A stretch of DNA of 64,000 bases from Octopus bimaculoides (Eukaryota). Below are positions 27,571 to 40,365 of the stretch, in pieces; position 1 is the first letter of the stretch; each line of letters starts with the position of its first letter. Below the pieces are notes generated by a model that saw only the letters and a list, made by a program, of their open reading frames with translations, had not been told where the DNA came from and did no database searches. The translations under genes were made by a program, and so were the position numbers. Location of the stretch: assembly GCF_001194135.2 (NCBI RefSeq), contig NC_068984.1:120239077-120303076 (forward strand). The letters are read 5' to 3'.

Positions 27571-28629
27571 CTGTTAAAGAAATATAATTCTAGCGTCAAA
27601 GCATAGCTTTTCATGGCAATTCGAAATGTCCTCTTTGCTGAAGCTTTTCAATATTGTATAGACAATTGTAGATGGGTTTCAATCAATACAATAAAACAGA
27701 ATAGAATTTATGGAGCCTGGTTTGATGATTTGAATTCTTTACTTTAAATTCTAGCAACACTGACCTTTGTAATACAAACATGCCTGAGTCTGTCACTGGT
27801 TTTATGATACAAGTTTCTGGTTTTAAAGTGGTCTAAATTAAAATCTTCCATCGAAATTTCAAATCAATTTACATTTCAGACTGCAGGTTAATTATGAGAA
27901 AGTTTATTTTATTAAATTCTTCTTTGTTTTTAAATTGTTTAAAACAAAGGCAGTGTGTATTTCAACGGAAATATGGTAACAAAAGGGTTCAATCATCATC
28001 ATCATCATCATCATCATCATTTAAACATTCTTGTTTTATGCTGGCATTGATTAGACAGTTAGACTCTGATGGGTCCAAGGACTGCATTGTACCTTAGTGC
28101 CTGTTTTGGCATGGTTTCTATGGCTGACTGGCCTTTCTAAAACCAATAACTGGGGAAGAAATTGGGTGAAGGGCCAAGTTGTGCATAGTTGCGGCCAGTG
28201 CCAGTGACACATAAGAGACATCTGTGCCAGTGATACATTAAAGGCACCTGTGTTGGTGATACATTAAAGGCACCTGTGTTGGTGATACATTAAAGACACC
28301 TGGTACTCTCTGTGGAGTGACTGATGTTAGCAACGGCATCCAGTCGTAGAAACCATACCAAATCAGACTTGAACCTGGTGCAGCTCTCTATCTTACTAGT
28401 TCTAGTCAAACCATCTAACCCATGTCAGCATGGAAAGCAGATGTTAAATAATGATGATGATGATGATGATGATATATATATATGTTTTCATAATTATCAT
28501 TATTTCTATTTCTGATGCTGCAGTGCAATTTTAAAGGATTTGTGTTTTGGGAAGAATTTAAAGAGTAAATCAAATATCAAGGATTGTCATAGACTGCTAG
28601 ACCAAACCTCAAGAGTAATTACCCATTAC

Positions 28630-28674
28630 CCACAAGTTGGTCCTTTCCTATCCAGTCTTCAACAAGAATAGAAC
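28630..28674 (-). CDS. Candidate additional exon (SILVEDWIGKDQLV), phase 1-1, linkage upstream unresolved
   Basis: Acceptor CCTTCACTTTGTGATTAG| and donor G|GTAATG; joins 27467-27570 in frame. Confidence 0.35.
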
Positions 28675-29239
28675 CTAATCACAAAGTGAAGGAAATGAAA
28701 ATCATCATCATCGTCATCGTCGTCGTTGTCATCATCATTGTCATCATCATCAACAACAAAATTCAACATCTGTTTTCCATGCTGGCATGAGTTGGACAGC
28801 TTGACAGGAACTGGCAAGGCCAGGGGCCACTCCAGGTTCCATAGTCAGTTTTGGTCTGGTTTCCTTCCTGACGCCAGCCAATTTACAAAGTTTATTGAAT
28901 GGTTTTCATGTTGCACCATCACCCGTAGTTTTCATGTGGTATCAGCACTAGCATGTTTTATGTGGCACCAGCACCCACACCAATGCTTTTCTTTGGCACC
29001 TTGGTTTTAAGATCTCAATTCTGTTATGGTGGGTGGTTCTTCTTAGTGTCCCAGTTTATAACCCATGGATTTGGACTACTAACAACTAAGATGCAAGCCT
29101 GCCTAAAAAACTTCTTCTACAGACTCTTTCTATTAAAGATGTTGTCATGGAAATGGGACAGTTAGAAAATAGTGCATTGAGATAGTATAGCCCCGGACTT
29201 AGAAAGGATTTGGTTGATAGAAACTGAAAGAATTGCATC

Positions 29240-29427
29240 ATATACTCTTTACTTGTTTCAGTCATTTGACTACGGCCATGCTGGAGCATCACCTTTAGTC
29301 GAGCAAATCAACCCCAGGACTTATTCTTTGTAAGCCTAGTACTTATTCTATCGGTCTCTTTTGCTAAACTGCTAAGTTACGGGGACGTAAACACACCAGC
29401 ATCGGTTGTCAAGCGATGTTGGGGGGA

Positions 29428-29484
<57 letters not shown>

Positions 29485-29665
29485 ACACACACATATATAT
29501 ATACGACAGGCTTCTTTCAGTTTCCGTCTACCAAATCCACTCACAAGGCTTTGGTCAGTCCGAGGCTATAGTACAAGACACTTGCCCAAGGTGCCATGCA
29601 GTGGGACTGAACCCGGAACCATGTGGTTGGTAAGCAAGCTACTTACCACACAGCCACTCCTGTAC
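29240..29665 (-). mobile_element. tRNA-derived SINE family A, well-preserved copy
   Basis: Head GTGGTAAGTAGCTTGCTTACCAACCACATGGTTCCGGGTTCAGTCCC, central (TG)n and a GACTGAAACAAGTAAAAGAG tail. Related copies at about 1635-2015, 4612-4795, 5556-5645, 8688-9050, 10925-11080, 19195-19420, 21090-21245, 22065-22240, 55590-55810 and 56150-56265. Confidence 0.85.
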
Positions 29666-30514
29666 CTATGTGTATAGATGTATGTGTGTGTGTATGTGCA
29701 TCTGCTTGGGTTTGTGAGTGTGTGTTTGTGACTCCTTGTCTTGACATCGTGTGATAGTTGTAAACAAGGATCTCCATCATACAAGAATGGCTTTCATTTT
29801 CAGTCTTGCATGGAAACAGATGCAGGACAATAACAGGAAGGGCATCTGGCCAGAAAAGATATACCTCAACGAATTCAACACCATGCCAACATGGAAAAGT
29901 GGATGTTAAAATGATGATGATTATGATGGTGTGTTGGTGGTGGTGGTGATGAGGATTCTCACTTAAAAAAAAAAAAATTTTAACTCAACAAAATCAATGA
30001 ACGATATTGCTGCCATCATATTTGTTTCACAGTTGTAAAATTGTTCTGCTCTACTTCAGAGTTTCCAAGCAAATATTCATAGAAGGAGGAGATGAAGAAT
30101 CTAGTGAGAATATCTTATCTTAAGTGGAGAGAAATGGTTAGCAACAGCAAAACAGATAATGAGTGGTAATTCTACTTTAAGCTGTTCTAGTCTTGAAATG
30201 AAAGCTACAGTGGCAATATATCATACCAGATAACTTGGAAATTAGAGACCGACCAATATAACAGAAATCAATGAAGTTGCCAATGCATTAGATTGATGTG
30301 GGATCAGATTTAAAGTAGTTATATTGTGTATAGCTCTGAGCCATTGCATTGTCAGTGTTAGAGCAATCCTGACTTTTTACAGAACAGTTTTCTATAGACA
30401 CAGGCACGCAGATGCTTAGGAACACACAGATACGCAAATATAAATATGCATATACATACACATGAGCTTGTACTGCTTGTAGCTTTGTGCCTATATACAG
30501 TATTATAGACGTAG

Positions 30515-30552
<38 letters not shown>

Positions 30553-30690
30553 GTGTGTGTTTGTGCTGTAAGGCAAGAAAAACGAGTTTAGCCAAAATTG
30601 TTAGCTTCCAAGGGTGAAGAAAATTGTTATTAAAGAAATTTTCAAAATGAGATCTCTTTAATCTATATCTTTTTCCTTTCATATAAATTC

Positions 30691-30734
<44 letters not shown>

Positions 30735-30737
30735 CTT

Positions 30738-30930
30738 TTCTACTCTAGGCACAAGGCACGAAATTTTGGGAGAGGGGTCCAGTCAATTAGATCGACCCCA
30801 GTATGCAACTGGTACTTAATTTATCAACCCCAAAAGGATGAAAGGCAAAGTTGACCTCAGCGGAATTTGAACTCAGAATGTAGCGCAGACGAAATACTGT
30901 TAAGCATTTCATCCGGCGTGCTAACGTTTC
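30738..30930 (+). mobile_element. SINE-like family C
   Basis: GGCACAAGG..GAAATTTT..GATCGACCCCAGT..AACTGGTACTT..GAAAGGATGAAAGGCAAAG..GAATTTGAACTCAGAA. Copies at about 5040-5257, 12900-13140, 16560-16690, 25030-25295(-), 32310-32460, 33265-33470, 46275-46470, 49040-49250 and 59120-59300. Confidence 0.8.
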
Positions 30931-31069
30931 TAGTAATAGTAATAATAATGATAATAATAATAATAGTAATAATAATAATAATAATGATGATGGTGGTGGT
31001 GAGGAGAAGGAGGAGGAGAAGAAGAAGAAGAAGAAGAAGAAGAAGAAGAAGAAGAAGAAGCCATTAAAG

Positions 31070-31600
31070 AGGATGTCAAATTGGAAGTGGCCTCTACATG
31101 ATAGAATCTCAGATCAGCTAAACACAATATCAGAACAGGAAATTGTACCACTTTTGATGACTATTGGAAAAATTGATCTGTGTGTTAAGGGTATTGATAA
31201 GGGAAATAGTTACTGATTTTAGGCCAATAACTTGCCTCTCTTTAATGTGGAATCTTCTCATGAGTATATTAGCAGAAGAGCTGTATGGGTATCTTGAGGA
31301 TAAAAGTATTTTGCTGGTGAAGTAAAAAGGATGCAGGAAGGGAAACCAGGACCTCCAAAAAACAACCGTTGATTAACAAAATAGTAATTAACAACTGTCA
31401 GCAAAGACTGACAAATTTGGGAATGGCACAACAGATAACAAACAGGCTTATGATATGTTACCACATTTAGAGCAGAAAAACTGTAGATAGCAGGTACCAT
31501 CAAGTCATTAATCTGTGGCAGCATGAGACAATGGAACATTGAACTAGTAGCTGAGACACTATTATTGGGAAATGTTAACATAAAATGAGGAATATTTGAA
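31070..31600 (+). mobile_element. R4/Dong-like LINE reverse-transcriptase fragment
   Basis: DFRPITCLSLMWNLLMSILAEELY..KGCRKG..LINKIV.NNCQQRLTNLGMA..DNKQAYDMLPH and SMRQW..LGNVNIK*GIF. Confidence 0.75.
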
Positions 31601-31729
31601 AAGAGGAAAAGTGATTGGAAAAGGATTTTGCCAGTTTGCTACGTTAATACTTCTAATATTGGTTTCAAACTTTGGTACAAGGCCAGCAATTTTGAGGGAG
31701 GAATTAAGTAGATTATGAAATCAAATTCG

Positions 31730-32305
31730 AAATCGAACCAAATTTGACGCCTGGCACCCATGCCAACCTTCCTTCATTGGACACTAAACTCTGCTTGCGA
31801 AAACCTGTTGGGGCAAGTGAAATCAAAATTGAACCAAATTCGATGACTGGCACCCGTGCTAGTGGAGCGCTAACAGCACCATCCGAGTCAGATCACTGCC
31901 AGAGCAGCTGTCTGGCTTCCGTGCCGGTGGCATGTAAAAAGCACCATTTGAGCGTGATCGTTACCAGCGTTGCCTTACTGGCACTTGTGCCGGTGGCACA
32001 TGAACAAAACATTCGAGTGAGGTTGTTGCCAGTACCGCTGGACTGACTCCTGTGCAGGTGACATGTAAAAAAATACCATTTGAGCATGCCTGTTGCCAGT
32101 ACCACCAGACTGGCTCTCGTGCCGGTGGCATGTAAAAGCACCCACTACACTCTCAGAGTGGTTGGCGTTAGGAAGGGCATCCAGCTGTAGAAACTCTGCC
32201 AAATCAGACTGGAGCCTGGTGTAGCCATCTGGTTCACCAGTCCTCAGTAAAATCGTCCAACCCATGCTAACATGGAAAACGGATGTTAAACGATGATGAT
32301 GATGA
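31730..32305 (+). mobile_element. SINE family B (RTE-like 3' tail, internal GTGCC..GGCAC-GTAAAAAGCACC arrays)
   Basis: Core GTGGTTGGCGTTAGGAAGGGCATCCAGCTGTAGAAAC and tail CCAACCCATGCT..CATGGAAA..CGGA.GTTAAACGATGATG. Copies at about 11700-12005(-), 15467-15990(-), 28180-28470, 28750-28985(-), 38605-38795(-), 57715-57935 and 58200-58380(-). Confidence 0.85.
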
Positions 32306-32499
32306 TTGACCCAGTACTTTATGGTACTTGTTTTATTGACCCTGAAAAGATGAAAGGCAAAGCCAACCTCAGTAGCATTTGAACTCAGGACATAAAAATG
32401 GATGAAATATCACTAAGCATTTTACCTAGCATGGTAACGATTCTGCCAGCTTGCTCCTTTCTATTTGCTAATATTGATAACTAAACAGTTTTATCCCAA

Positions 32500-32990
32500 C
32501 AGCAGCTCTGTACTTTTCCAGATGATGTTGAGACTCAATCCATTGTCTAGTTTAAACCTTCCACCTGGTCCTTGGGTATTAGGAACCTTTAGTAGAGTTC
32601 AATCTGCTGCAAACATTTAGATCAGAGACTGGTTTTATTTGAAGATAATTTCTTTCCTTCCTCCCACCAGTTTCAGAGGCCCAAAAAGAAAAAAGGCTCA
32701 TGTTCCCTCCTCTCCCTAAGTCAACAGTTAAAAAAAATTTTGCTTCACAGTCATGAGGTTAAGAGTTTGATCTATGGTGTAACTAAAGTGTATAATGACT
32801 GGAGTAGCCCTTGAGTTTGTTATTTCCCTGACCTCAAGCCTATACAGTCTTATACAACAGACCAACAGTGCTGCCTTCAAAAAAGCATTGCCAAGGACAG
32901 ACAATTGCCTCGCCCTCCCTGTCTCCATTTTTCTCCAGCTAAGCTACTAGGTTTGATCTTGTTAAACAGAACACAGAAATGTCTTCTATC
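32500..32990 (-). mobile_element. Possible RTE endonuclease remnant
   Basis: ORF 32728-32928 loosely resembles RTE endonuclease (R.GVGFA..RL..L..IIS.YAPTL..K..FY); weak match. Confidence 0.35.
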
Positions 32991-33577
32991 AGAGCCTTGC
33001 AAGTGAAATTGCTTGATTGCTTGAATGAATTGCTAGAGAAGGATTTCGTGGTAAAAAAAAAGAAAAAAAAAAGAGTAAGTCTTTTCTACTGAAACCTTGC
33101 AAGAGAACTTGGTGAACCAAAACTGTGTGGAAGCACTTTGGGTGGTCTTTAACAGAAATTCAAAGAACCAACCTTATCAAATGCTGTGACATTGACTCTA
33201 TCTGAGATTATGTTGAGGGTAGAAATATGTATAGAATACTCAGTTACTTACACTATAATAGTTTTTATTATAGGCACAGGGCCTGAAATGTGGGGAGAGG
33301 GCTTAACAATGCTATCAACCCTCAATACTTGGCTGGTATTTCATTTTATTAATTCCAGAGGACTGACTGGATGGCAGACATAGTTAACCCCTGCAGGATT
33401 TGAACTCAGAAGTTAAAGAGCTTGGAAGCAATATCATGAAGTATTTCTTCCTATGCTTTAATAATTCACCATTCTACTACATGATGGTGTAATGGTGAAT
33501 GTGCCGCACTTACACAATAACACAATAGGAACTCAGAAGTTACAAAGCTTGAAAGAAATACCACAAGATATTTTTTC

Positions 33578-34427
33578 TAAGAGGTGATTGCAAAAAGTTC
33601 TTGGATTAGTTGTGTAGCACACCAATAAATGGCAGCACATGGTTGTGTGTGCTGTGAGAGCTAGCAGTGATCTTCGTGAAGCAGTGTACCAAGTGACATC
33701 ACTCTGTTTATTTTGCAAGTTGTGAAATTTGTGTTTTGTAACCATGTGTATGCTGTACTCTGAATGTGAAATTTTGTGTTACACTCAAGAAATCTGCTAC
33801 AGAGACATTGAATATGTTTCAGCAAGCTTACAGTGATGAAGCAATGGGTCGTATGCAATGTTTTGAGTGACACGGGTGCTTTAAAAGGTATGACAGAGCT
33901 GCAGTTCAATCAAAAGCACGCTAATTGTTTTTTTCCAACATCTGCAGTACTGGGCATCAAGAATTCATCCGCCAAGGCCAGAACATCAATTGAGAGTTTG
34001 AGGGAGGACATTCAGTGAAAGTGACTGGATCTGTGGAGCGTGAAAAATTGGATTCTTCACAATGACAATGCACCCTGTCACCGAGCTCTCCTCACCAAAA
34101 ACAACATGGTATCACTTCTGCACCTGTCCTATTTGCCAGATTTCGCTTCTGCAGACTTTCATCTCTTCCCCATGGTGAAAATGCAGCTCAAAGGTTGCTG
34201 CTTTAATACCGTTGTTGAGATCCCAGAGCAAATCAAAAAAGGTTCTCAACTCATTTCGCTTATGGAAAATGACTCTCAGGCCAGATTCCAAACGTGGTAG
34301 GAATGCTGGGACCAGTGTAATGCTGCACAAGGTGACTATTTCAAAGGAGATGATGTTAAAAGTTAGGTAAATCAGTTATTTTTTATTAAACATAACTAGC
34401 CCAGGAACTTTTAGATACCACTTTGTA
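33578..34427 (+). mobile_element. Internally deleted mariner element (~850 bp) with degenerate TIRs
   Basis: N-terminal NVKFCVTLKKSATETLNMFQQAYSDEAMGRMQCFE* and C-terminal WILHNDNAPCH...YLPDFASADFHLFP; the central WVP and first-D region is missing; TA ends. Confidence 0.85.
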
Positions 34428-34762
34428 TACTCTAAGAATTCACCATTGTACTATATGGTTGTGTAACAGTAAATACTCAACACGTACTCTATAATACAAT
34501 AGGCATGTAGTTTTATTGATAAAACAACTGGAACATGTCATAGTCAAAACTGACATGAGATCCATCATCATGTATGTGATCACAAAACTTATCATTACCT
34601 CCTGCTCCATCAAGGTCAACTTCATCTTTCATTCTTTTGGGGATTGATAAAATAAGTACCAGTCAAATTTGAAACCCTTATTACCTTCATGACATCTCAA
34701 AGAGAATTTAGTTGGAAACAGTCACAGAAGGGTGGTGCACAACTCACCACTATTAAGTTTTA

Positions 34763-34802
34763 TTAACTCCTATCATCACTATAACTTGAAGATGTATCAG
34801 TT
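34763..34802 (-). CDS. Putative last coding exon (E-TDTSSSYSDDRS-stop); an alternative in-frame acceptor at 34830 gives D-VCEVSKSFR-TDTSSSYSDDRS
   Basis: Acceptor TCTTTCAG|; tandem TAA TAA stops; a perfect GTGAGT donor 15 nt after the stop (34747) implies a 3' UTR intron or further splicing. Confidence 0.5.
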
Positions 34803-35051
34803 CTGAAAGATTTACTTACTTCACATACACTGCATGAAAATATAATTGTTACCAGTACCCCTGCTACTAAATGGATTATAGATCACACCATATCTATTGC
34901 CTATTAAAGGCTGCTTGGATCTTATTTTTTACCCCCTAATTTCTGTGTTATATTTAACACAGAAGTATGGTTAGAACATTATTAAGTATGGTATTCTAAA
35001 CAAGGATTTCATGAAAGGAAAAAAATAAAAGAAAAATAACAGAAACGTTAC

Positions 35052-35129
35052 TCATAGCAACCAGTCATAACAGTTAGCAATGATTCTAGGTTTTTATCTG
35101 CTGAGTAGCAACTCTGTCTTGCAAAGAAA
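35052..35129 (-). CDS. Putative exon 9 (FFARQSCYSADKNLESLLTVMTGCY), phase 2-2
   Basis: Very strong T-run acceptor (...TTTTTTTTTAG|) and donor GA|GTAACG; only the phase-2 frame is open. Confidence 0.7.
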
Positions 35130-35380
35130 CTAAAAAAAAAAAACGAAAATATTGTGATTTTATGTATGTAATTTTCTCAAGAATTGATTTTGTTAGACAC
35201 TTGTGGTTTTCTTTTAATCAATATCTTAGAAGTTATATATTTTTAAGGAATTTTTGTCTGCCAAGAACAGTTATAGAAAAAAGCTAAACATTAAATTCAT
35301 TAAATGTACATGAAATAATATTTTCTGTTACGCACGCACACACACACACACACACACACACAGATGCATATATATATATA

Positions 35381-35417
<37 letters not shown>

Positions 35418-36119
35418 ATATGTATGTATGTATGTGTGTATGTATGTATACTTATATATAAAATAGATAGATTGACAGATATAAGTAGATATAGACATAG
35501 ATACATGCACACACACACAGACATATATACATACACACATGTATATGTGTGTGTTCGTGTGTGTGCGTGTGTGTGTGTGTGTGTGCATGTGTGTATGTGT
35601 GTGTGCCTGTGTGTGTGCATGTGCGTGTGTGTGTGTGCATATATAGATAAAATATATTCACAAGATGCAAATCAAAATAGATTTTGACGCAAACATTAGT
35701 TTATGTAAAAGAGGGAGGGTACAACATTGAAAACTGTGAATGTTATTGCAAATGTATCATATTTCAAAATCATGCAAAAGACATATAAACAAGAAGAGAA
35801 CTAAACTGGAAAATGAGTATTGAAGACAATTACATATATATATATTACACTCGTGCATGCACACACACACACGCGTGCACACACACACACACACACGCAC
35901 ACGTACACTTACACATTACCTACATATATATGTATATACATATACACATATGTGTTTACATACCTGTACACACACGTGTACACAATTAACACACATGCAT
36001 ATACATGTAAGTGAAATGTACAGAAAGCAATGCAAAAATGTGCAGGACTCCTTTATTAAGTGACATAGGTTGTTCAAATTGCACGTATTGCAATAGAAAT
36101 TCTTTTTCTTCTTTGCAGG

Positions 36120-37190
36120 CAAATAATGGACTCCAAGTATAAGCGATGTCCTGTGTTTGAGTTCTTGACAGGGGAAGGGTGCAGGCTATCCAACAGCAAC
36201 AGAAAGCTCTTGGTTGCTAACGAAGATGACACCATTGACCAGAACAATGCACTGATGGAAGAAGTTTGAAGGAGGTGAAACCAGCATTGAAGACAAATCA
36301 GGCTGAGGAAACCTCATCCACTGTGAGCACTGACATGAATATCCAACAAATGAATGAACTGATTTGAGAGGACAGATGAGTTACAGTTCATTAGATGGCT
36401 GCATGGCTGCACTGTGGTCACAATGCATTATAGAAGATGGTGGAAGACATTAGGTGTTGGAAAATGTGCATGAAGTGGGTACCTTGGCACTTGATACCTA
36501 ATTTGAAGGAAAGGAGACTAGAGTTCTGTTCTGATCTGCTGGAGGCATTGAGTCAATGAAGATAGGTTTTCGTTTCTGATCTGGTGACAGGGGATGAAAT
36601 GAGGGCATATTTTTTTGTGATCTGGAAACAAAGGCTCAGTCCACAGAATGGAGTCATACTTATTCTTCAAGGCTGAAGAAACTCAAGAGCAAATGATTGA
36701 GCACAAGTCGTGGTGAGTATTTTGGGTGGATGATAAGAGAGTCATTCTCACTGATTTTCTAGAACATAGCTGTACCACGAACAGTGAGTGGTACACTGAG
36801 ACAGTCAAAGAGGTTACAGAAGTCATTAAGAAGGATGTGAATAAGAATCTGAAAGGGAACTACATTCACCATGACAATGTCCAACTACAAACATCTTTGC
36901 AATAAATCAAGCAACTGGCAAATTTAGCTGGTCAGCAATCCTCCATTCACCGTAAAGTCTGGATTTGGCACCTTCTAGCTTTTCAGTGTTCAGTCCCAAT
37001 AAAGGACAATCTTTAGAGACAACAATTTGATGACAAAGATGAGGGGAAGTGGTAGTTAAGAAGAGGAGACAAGAGTGAGTACCTGAATGTTTTCATAGAG
37101 ATTCTGAGAATTTAGTTCAATGATGATACAAATGTATTGTTTGTGATGGAGTCAATGTTGAGTGGCAGCAATTATACTTACATTAAATTT
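36120..37190 (+). mobile_element. Near full-length decayed mariner transposase
   Basis: KWVPWHL (36473-36493), LVTGDE, HHDN and SLDLAPS occur in canonical order; many stops and frameshifts. Confidence 0.85.
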
Positions 37191-37292
37191 CTGATTATTT
37201 ATTTAATATATGATGTGCTGTGCTTTATTAATTAATTAATTAACTGTTTGCCAATGAATTTGTAGTTATGTAAATTAGACAGTTAATTTCAC

Positions 37293-37330
37293 CCGAGTTC
37301 TGGTTTGTGATTGATATAAATAACAATATG
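37293..37330 (-). CDS. Putative exon 8 (HIVIYINHKPEL-G), phase 0-2
   Basis: Acceptor ATTGCTAG| and donor GG|GTGAAA; 38 nt, matching the phases of both neighbouring exons. Confidence 0.55.
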
Positions 37331-37814
37331 CTAGCAATATCACAATGAGCAGAAAACAAGGCTGCTCTTCTCTAATGAATCTCAAAATAGAAATGAAAGC
37401 AGTTAAGGCAATCCCAAAATTCATAAAGGGGATTAAAAAAAGTATTGGTATATATTTTGTGATAAGGATTATAATTTGAAAATCGTTTGTATGCCTACAT
37501 TAAATTTCAGGTTATCTACATGCACATATATGTGTGTATGTATGTGCATCCATGTATGTTTAAAGGATATTATAGGCATAAAATCTGTGAACCGTAACAG
37601 TAAAAACAAGATTCTATACAAGTGCAGAGCCAGATATTATAAATACTTAACAGTAACTATGAAGTCTCACTCTGAGTTCAAATTCCAACAAAGTCTCTTT
37701 AGATGTGAACTTAACGTATTCTTCCATTTAACACCACTAACTGGTATCATGGGTGCCTTTAGCAGAATCCACTCTGTTTCAATCATTCAAGTTAGGTTTC
37801 TAATTTGTGGATAC

Positions 37815-37884
37815 CTTCCTCTCTCTCTTTCCAACCAGTCTTGGAAGTCCTCTACTGGGTTGTGGGTACTGCTTTACCTTCTGA
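37815..37884 (-). CDS. Putative exon 7 (QKVKQYPQPSRGLPRLVGKRERK), phase 2-0
   Basis: Strong acceptor TTTCTTTTTTTAG| and donor AAG|GTATCC; only this frame is open. Confidence 0.65.
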
Positions 37885-37979
37885 CTAAAAAAAGAAATAT
37901 ATATANNNNNNNNNNNNNNNNNNNNNNNNNNNNNNNNNNNNNNNNNNNNNATATATATATATATATATACATACATACA

Positions 37980-38375
37980 CACCATATTTTCTGGCATAAA
38001 AGGTGCACTTTTTTCCCCAAAATTTCTCCCATAAATCACACTACACCTTATATGCTGATGTCGGGCTTTCGTTAGGCTTGGTTAGCATTATACCAGTGAC
38101 AAAGGAGGTCGGTGATAATATTTGATAGTGCTAAGGTAAGTATTGTAATATAGCCTACCATAATAGTTTACCAAAGGGTATCAGTCTTGATCTTCATGGT
38201 TCCTATATATGAAAACATGTGAGACATTCAGTTAGAAGATTCTGGGTTAGCTGCAGCTCTTTTTTTTTTTATAGATTAGGCCTGCCAAAATTGGAGTGCA
38301 CCTTATATGCCCATGCACCTTATATGCCTGTGCACCTTATATGGCGGTGTGCCTTATATGCCTGAAAACATAGTA
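37980..38375. mobile_element. Tc1/pogo-type MITE-like terminal inverted repeats
   Basis: CACCATATTTTCTGGCATAAAAGGTGC versus the reverse complement of GTGCCTTATATGCCTGAAAACATAGTA; subterminal TGCACCTTATATG-like repeats at 38299-38360. Confidence 0.6.
38172..38202 (-). CDS. Putative 31-nt exon 6 (G-TMKIKTDTL-C), phase 1-2
   Basis: Acceptor TTTTCATATATAG| and donor TG|GTAAAC; phase bridges exons 5 and 7. It lies between MITE-like terminal repeats, and nearby N gaps could hide an alternative exon. Confidence 0.5.
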
Positions 38376-39232
38376 CATGATTCATCAAATGAAATTCATT
38401 TGGGCAGACTTGCAAAATCTGGATGCCCTTCCTGTTGCTAACTCTTGCTTGCTTTCAAGTAAGGTAATATTTCCCAAAGATGGTACATGTTTCATGAAAG
38501 ATTGGAAATAAATGATGTTGTTTGTATGATTGTGATACCCACAACTGTTGGACAGTGCCACAACAAGAAAACATAGACACACACACACACACACACACAT
38601 ACACACACACACTCATCATCATCATCATCATCATCGTTTAACGTCCGCTTTCCATGCTAGCATGGGTTGGACGATTTGACTGAGGACTGGTGAAACCGGA
38701 TGGCAACACCAGGCTCCAGTCTGATTTGGCAGAGTTTCTACAGCTGGATGCCCTTCCTAACGCCAACCACTCAGAGAGTGTAGTGGGTGCTTTTANNNNN
38801 NNNNNNNNNNNNNNNNNNNNNNNNNNNNNNNNNNNNNNNNNNNNNNNNNNNNNNNNNNNNNNNNNNNNNNNNNNNNNNNNNNNNNNNNNNNNNNNNNNNN
38901 NNNNNNNNNNNNNNNNNNNNNNNNNNNNNNNNNNNNNNNNNNNNNNNNNNNNATATATATATATATATACATATATATACATACAATGATTCAACTCAGA
39001 GTTGAATCATTGGTGTAACTATGTTATTCTGGTGATCTGATGAGCTAGCTTTTTTATCTGCATTTATTTGTCAATATACAATTGTATTGTATAATGTATG
39101 GCATGCATATTGGCACAGACATGTAAACATAATTTGTTATACACTGAAATTATTATTACATCAAGTAGGCTGCAAAACAGCCATAATCCTAAAGATGACA
39201 CATGGTTAGATAAATATATTCTTCACTCATAC

Positions 39233-39303
39233 CTTCTGACTTATTATGGTTTAAATACTCCTGGATTTCATCTGCATGAAACTCTGCATTATACTCCTCT
39301 GTA
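39233..39303 (-). CDS. Putative exon 5 (TEEYNAEFHADEIQEYLNHNKSE), phase 2-1
   Basis: CTAAC branch-like motif, acceptor ATTCTAG| and donor GAAG|GTATGA; protein-like composition. Confidence 0.7.
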
Positions 39304-40365
39304 CTAGAATACTATGTAGTCTGTTAGCCAAGCCCACTAAAGGAGTTTTCTGTGATAGCCACATGATTCTATAGATCCATATATTACACTACAAATATAT
39401 GGTATATATCAATATATACACGATGAGTTTGCAGTACCCATGTGCCAAATCTATTCACAAGGCTTCGATTGGCCCAGGGCACACATATGTATACAGCAGT
39501 TAATTTTGATTTCACAAATAGTTGTTGACAGTTGGCTATTTTGGTTTAATTTTTAATTATTTTGTGAGGTCATGTATTTTCTTTTTTATTTTGTAATTAG
39601 ATATTGAAGTAAAATGAAGGAATTCTGCCTTTTAAATTTAGATAATGGCTGTAATGAGCTTCCGATTGTCTAGTATATGTCATACAAGGTAAGCACATGA
39701 AATACATGCAAGTGTGTTTCTTTCTCACAACCTTTGAGGCAGACCTTCACCATTTCATTGTTCTGCCTTACATAACTTCTTTAGTTTCTCTGTTTCCTTA
39801 ATTCTTAGAAAAACATTGAGTCATATGAGTATTCAGGACTCCCAGCAAACATATGTGAACATAATTATTAGATTGCCAATAGGAAAAAATATATATAAAA
39901 TATATATAAATGTATATCTATATATGTGTGTGTATGTGTGTATACACATATCAGAGAGAAAGGGAGAGAGAGAGGGAGAGAGAGCGGGAGAAAGAGAGAG
40001 AGAGTGTCATATCCATATATATTTTGTCTTGCTGTGAAATTAGGTCTCTTGAGTGCCTTTTCAGTAGCTTGGCATGTCTATTGAGAATGAATATCTACAA
40101 ACATGACTCCATGTATTTCATTGTCATTTTTGTTGTCAATAATAATCAACATTGTTGTCATCATTATCATCATCATCGTTGTCGTGCTGTTGTCATCATC
40201 ATCATTGTCATTGTTATCATTGTCATTTTCAGTATCATCATTTTTTTTTTTTATCATGTACCATGGATTGAAGAAGATTTCTTGAGGCAATGTTCTTTGG
40301 TCAGATTTCTTTCTTAATATCAACTCTTGTTTCCAAGTTAGGTACTTTATCCTTTGGTTTCTTAC

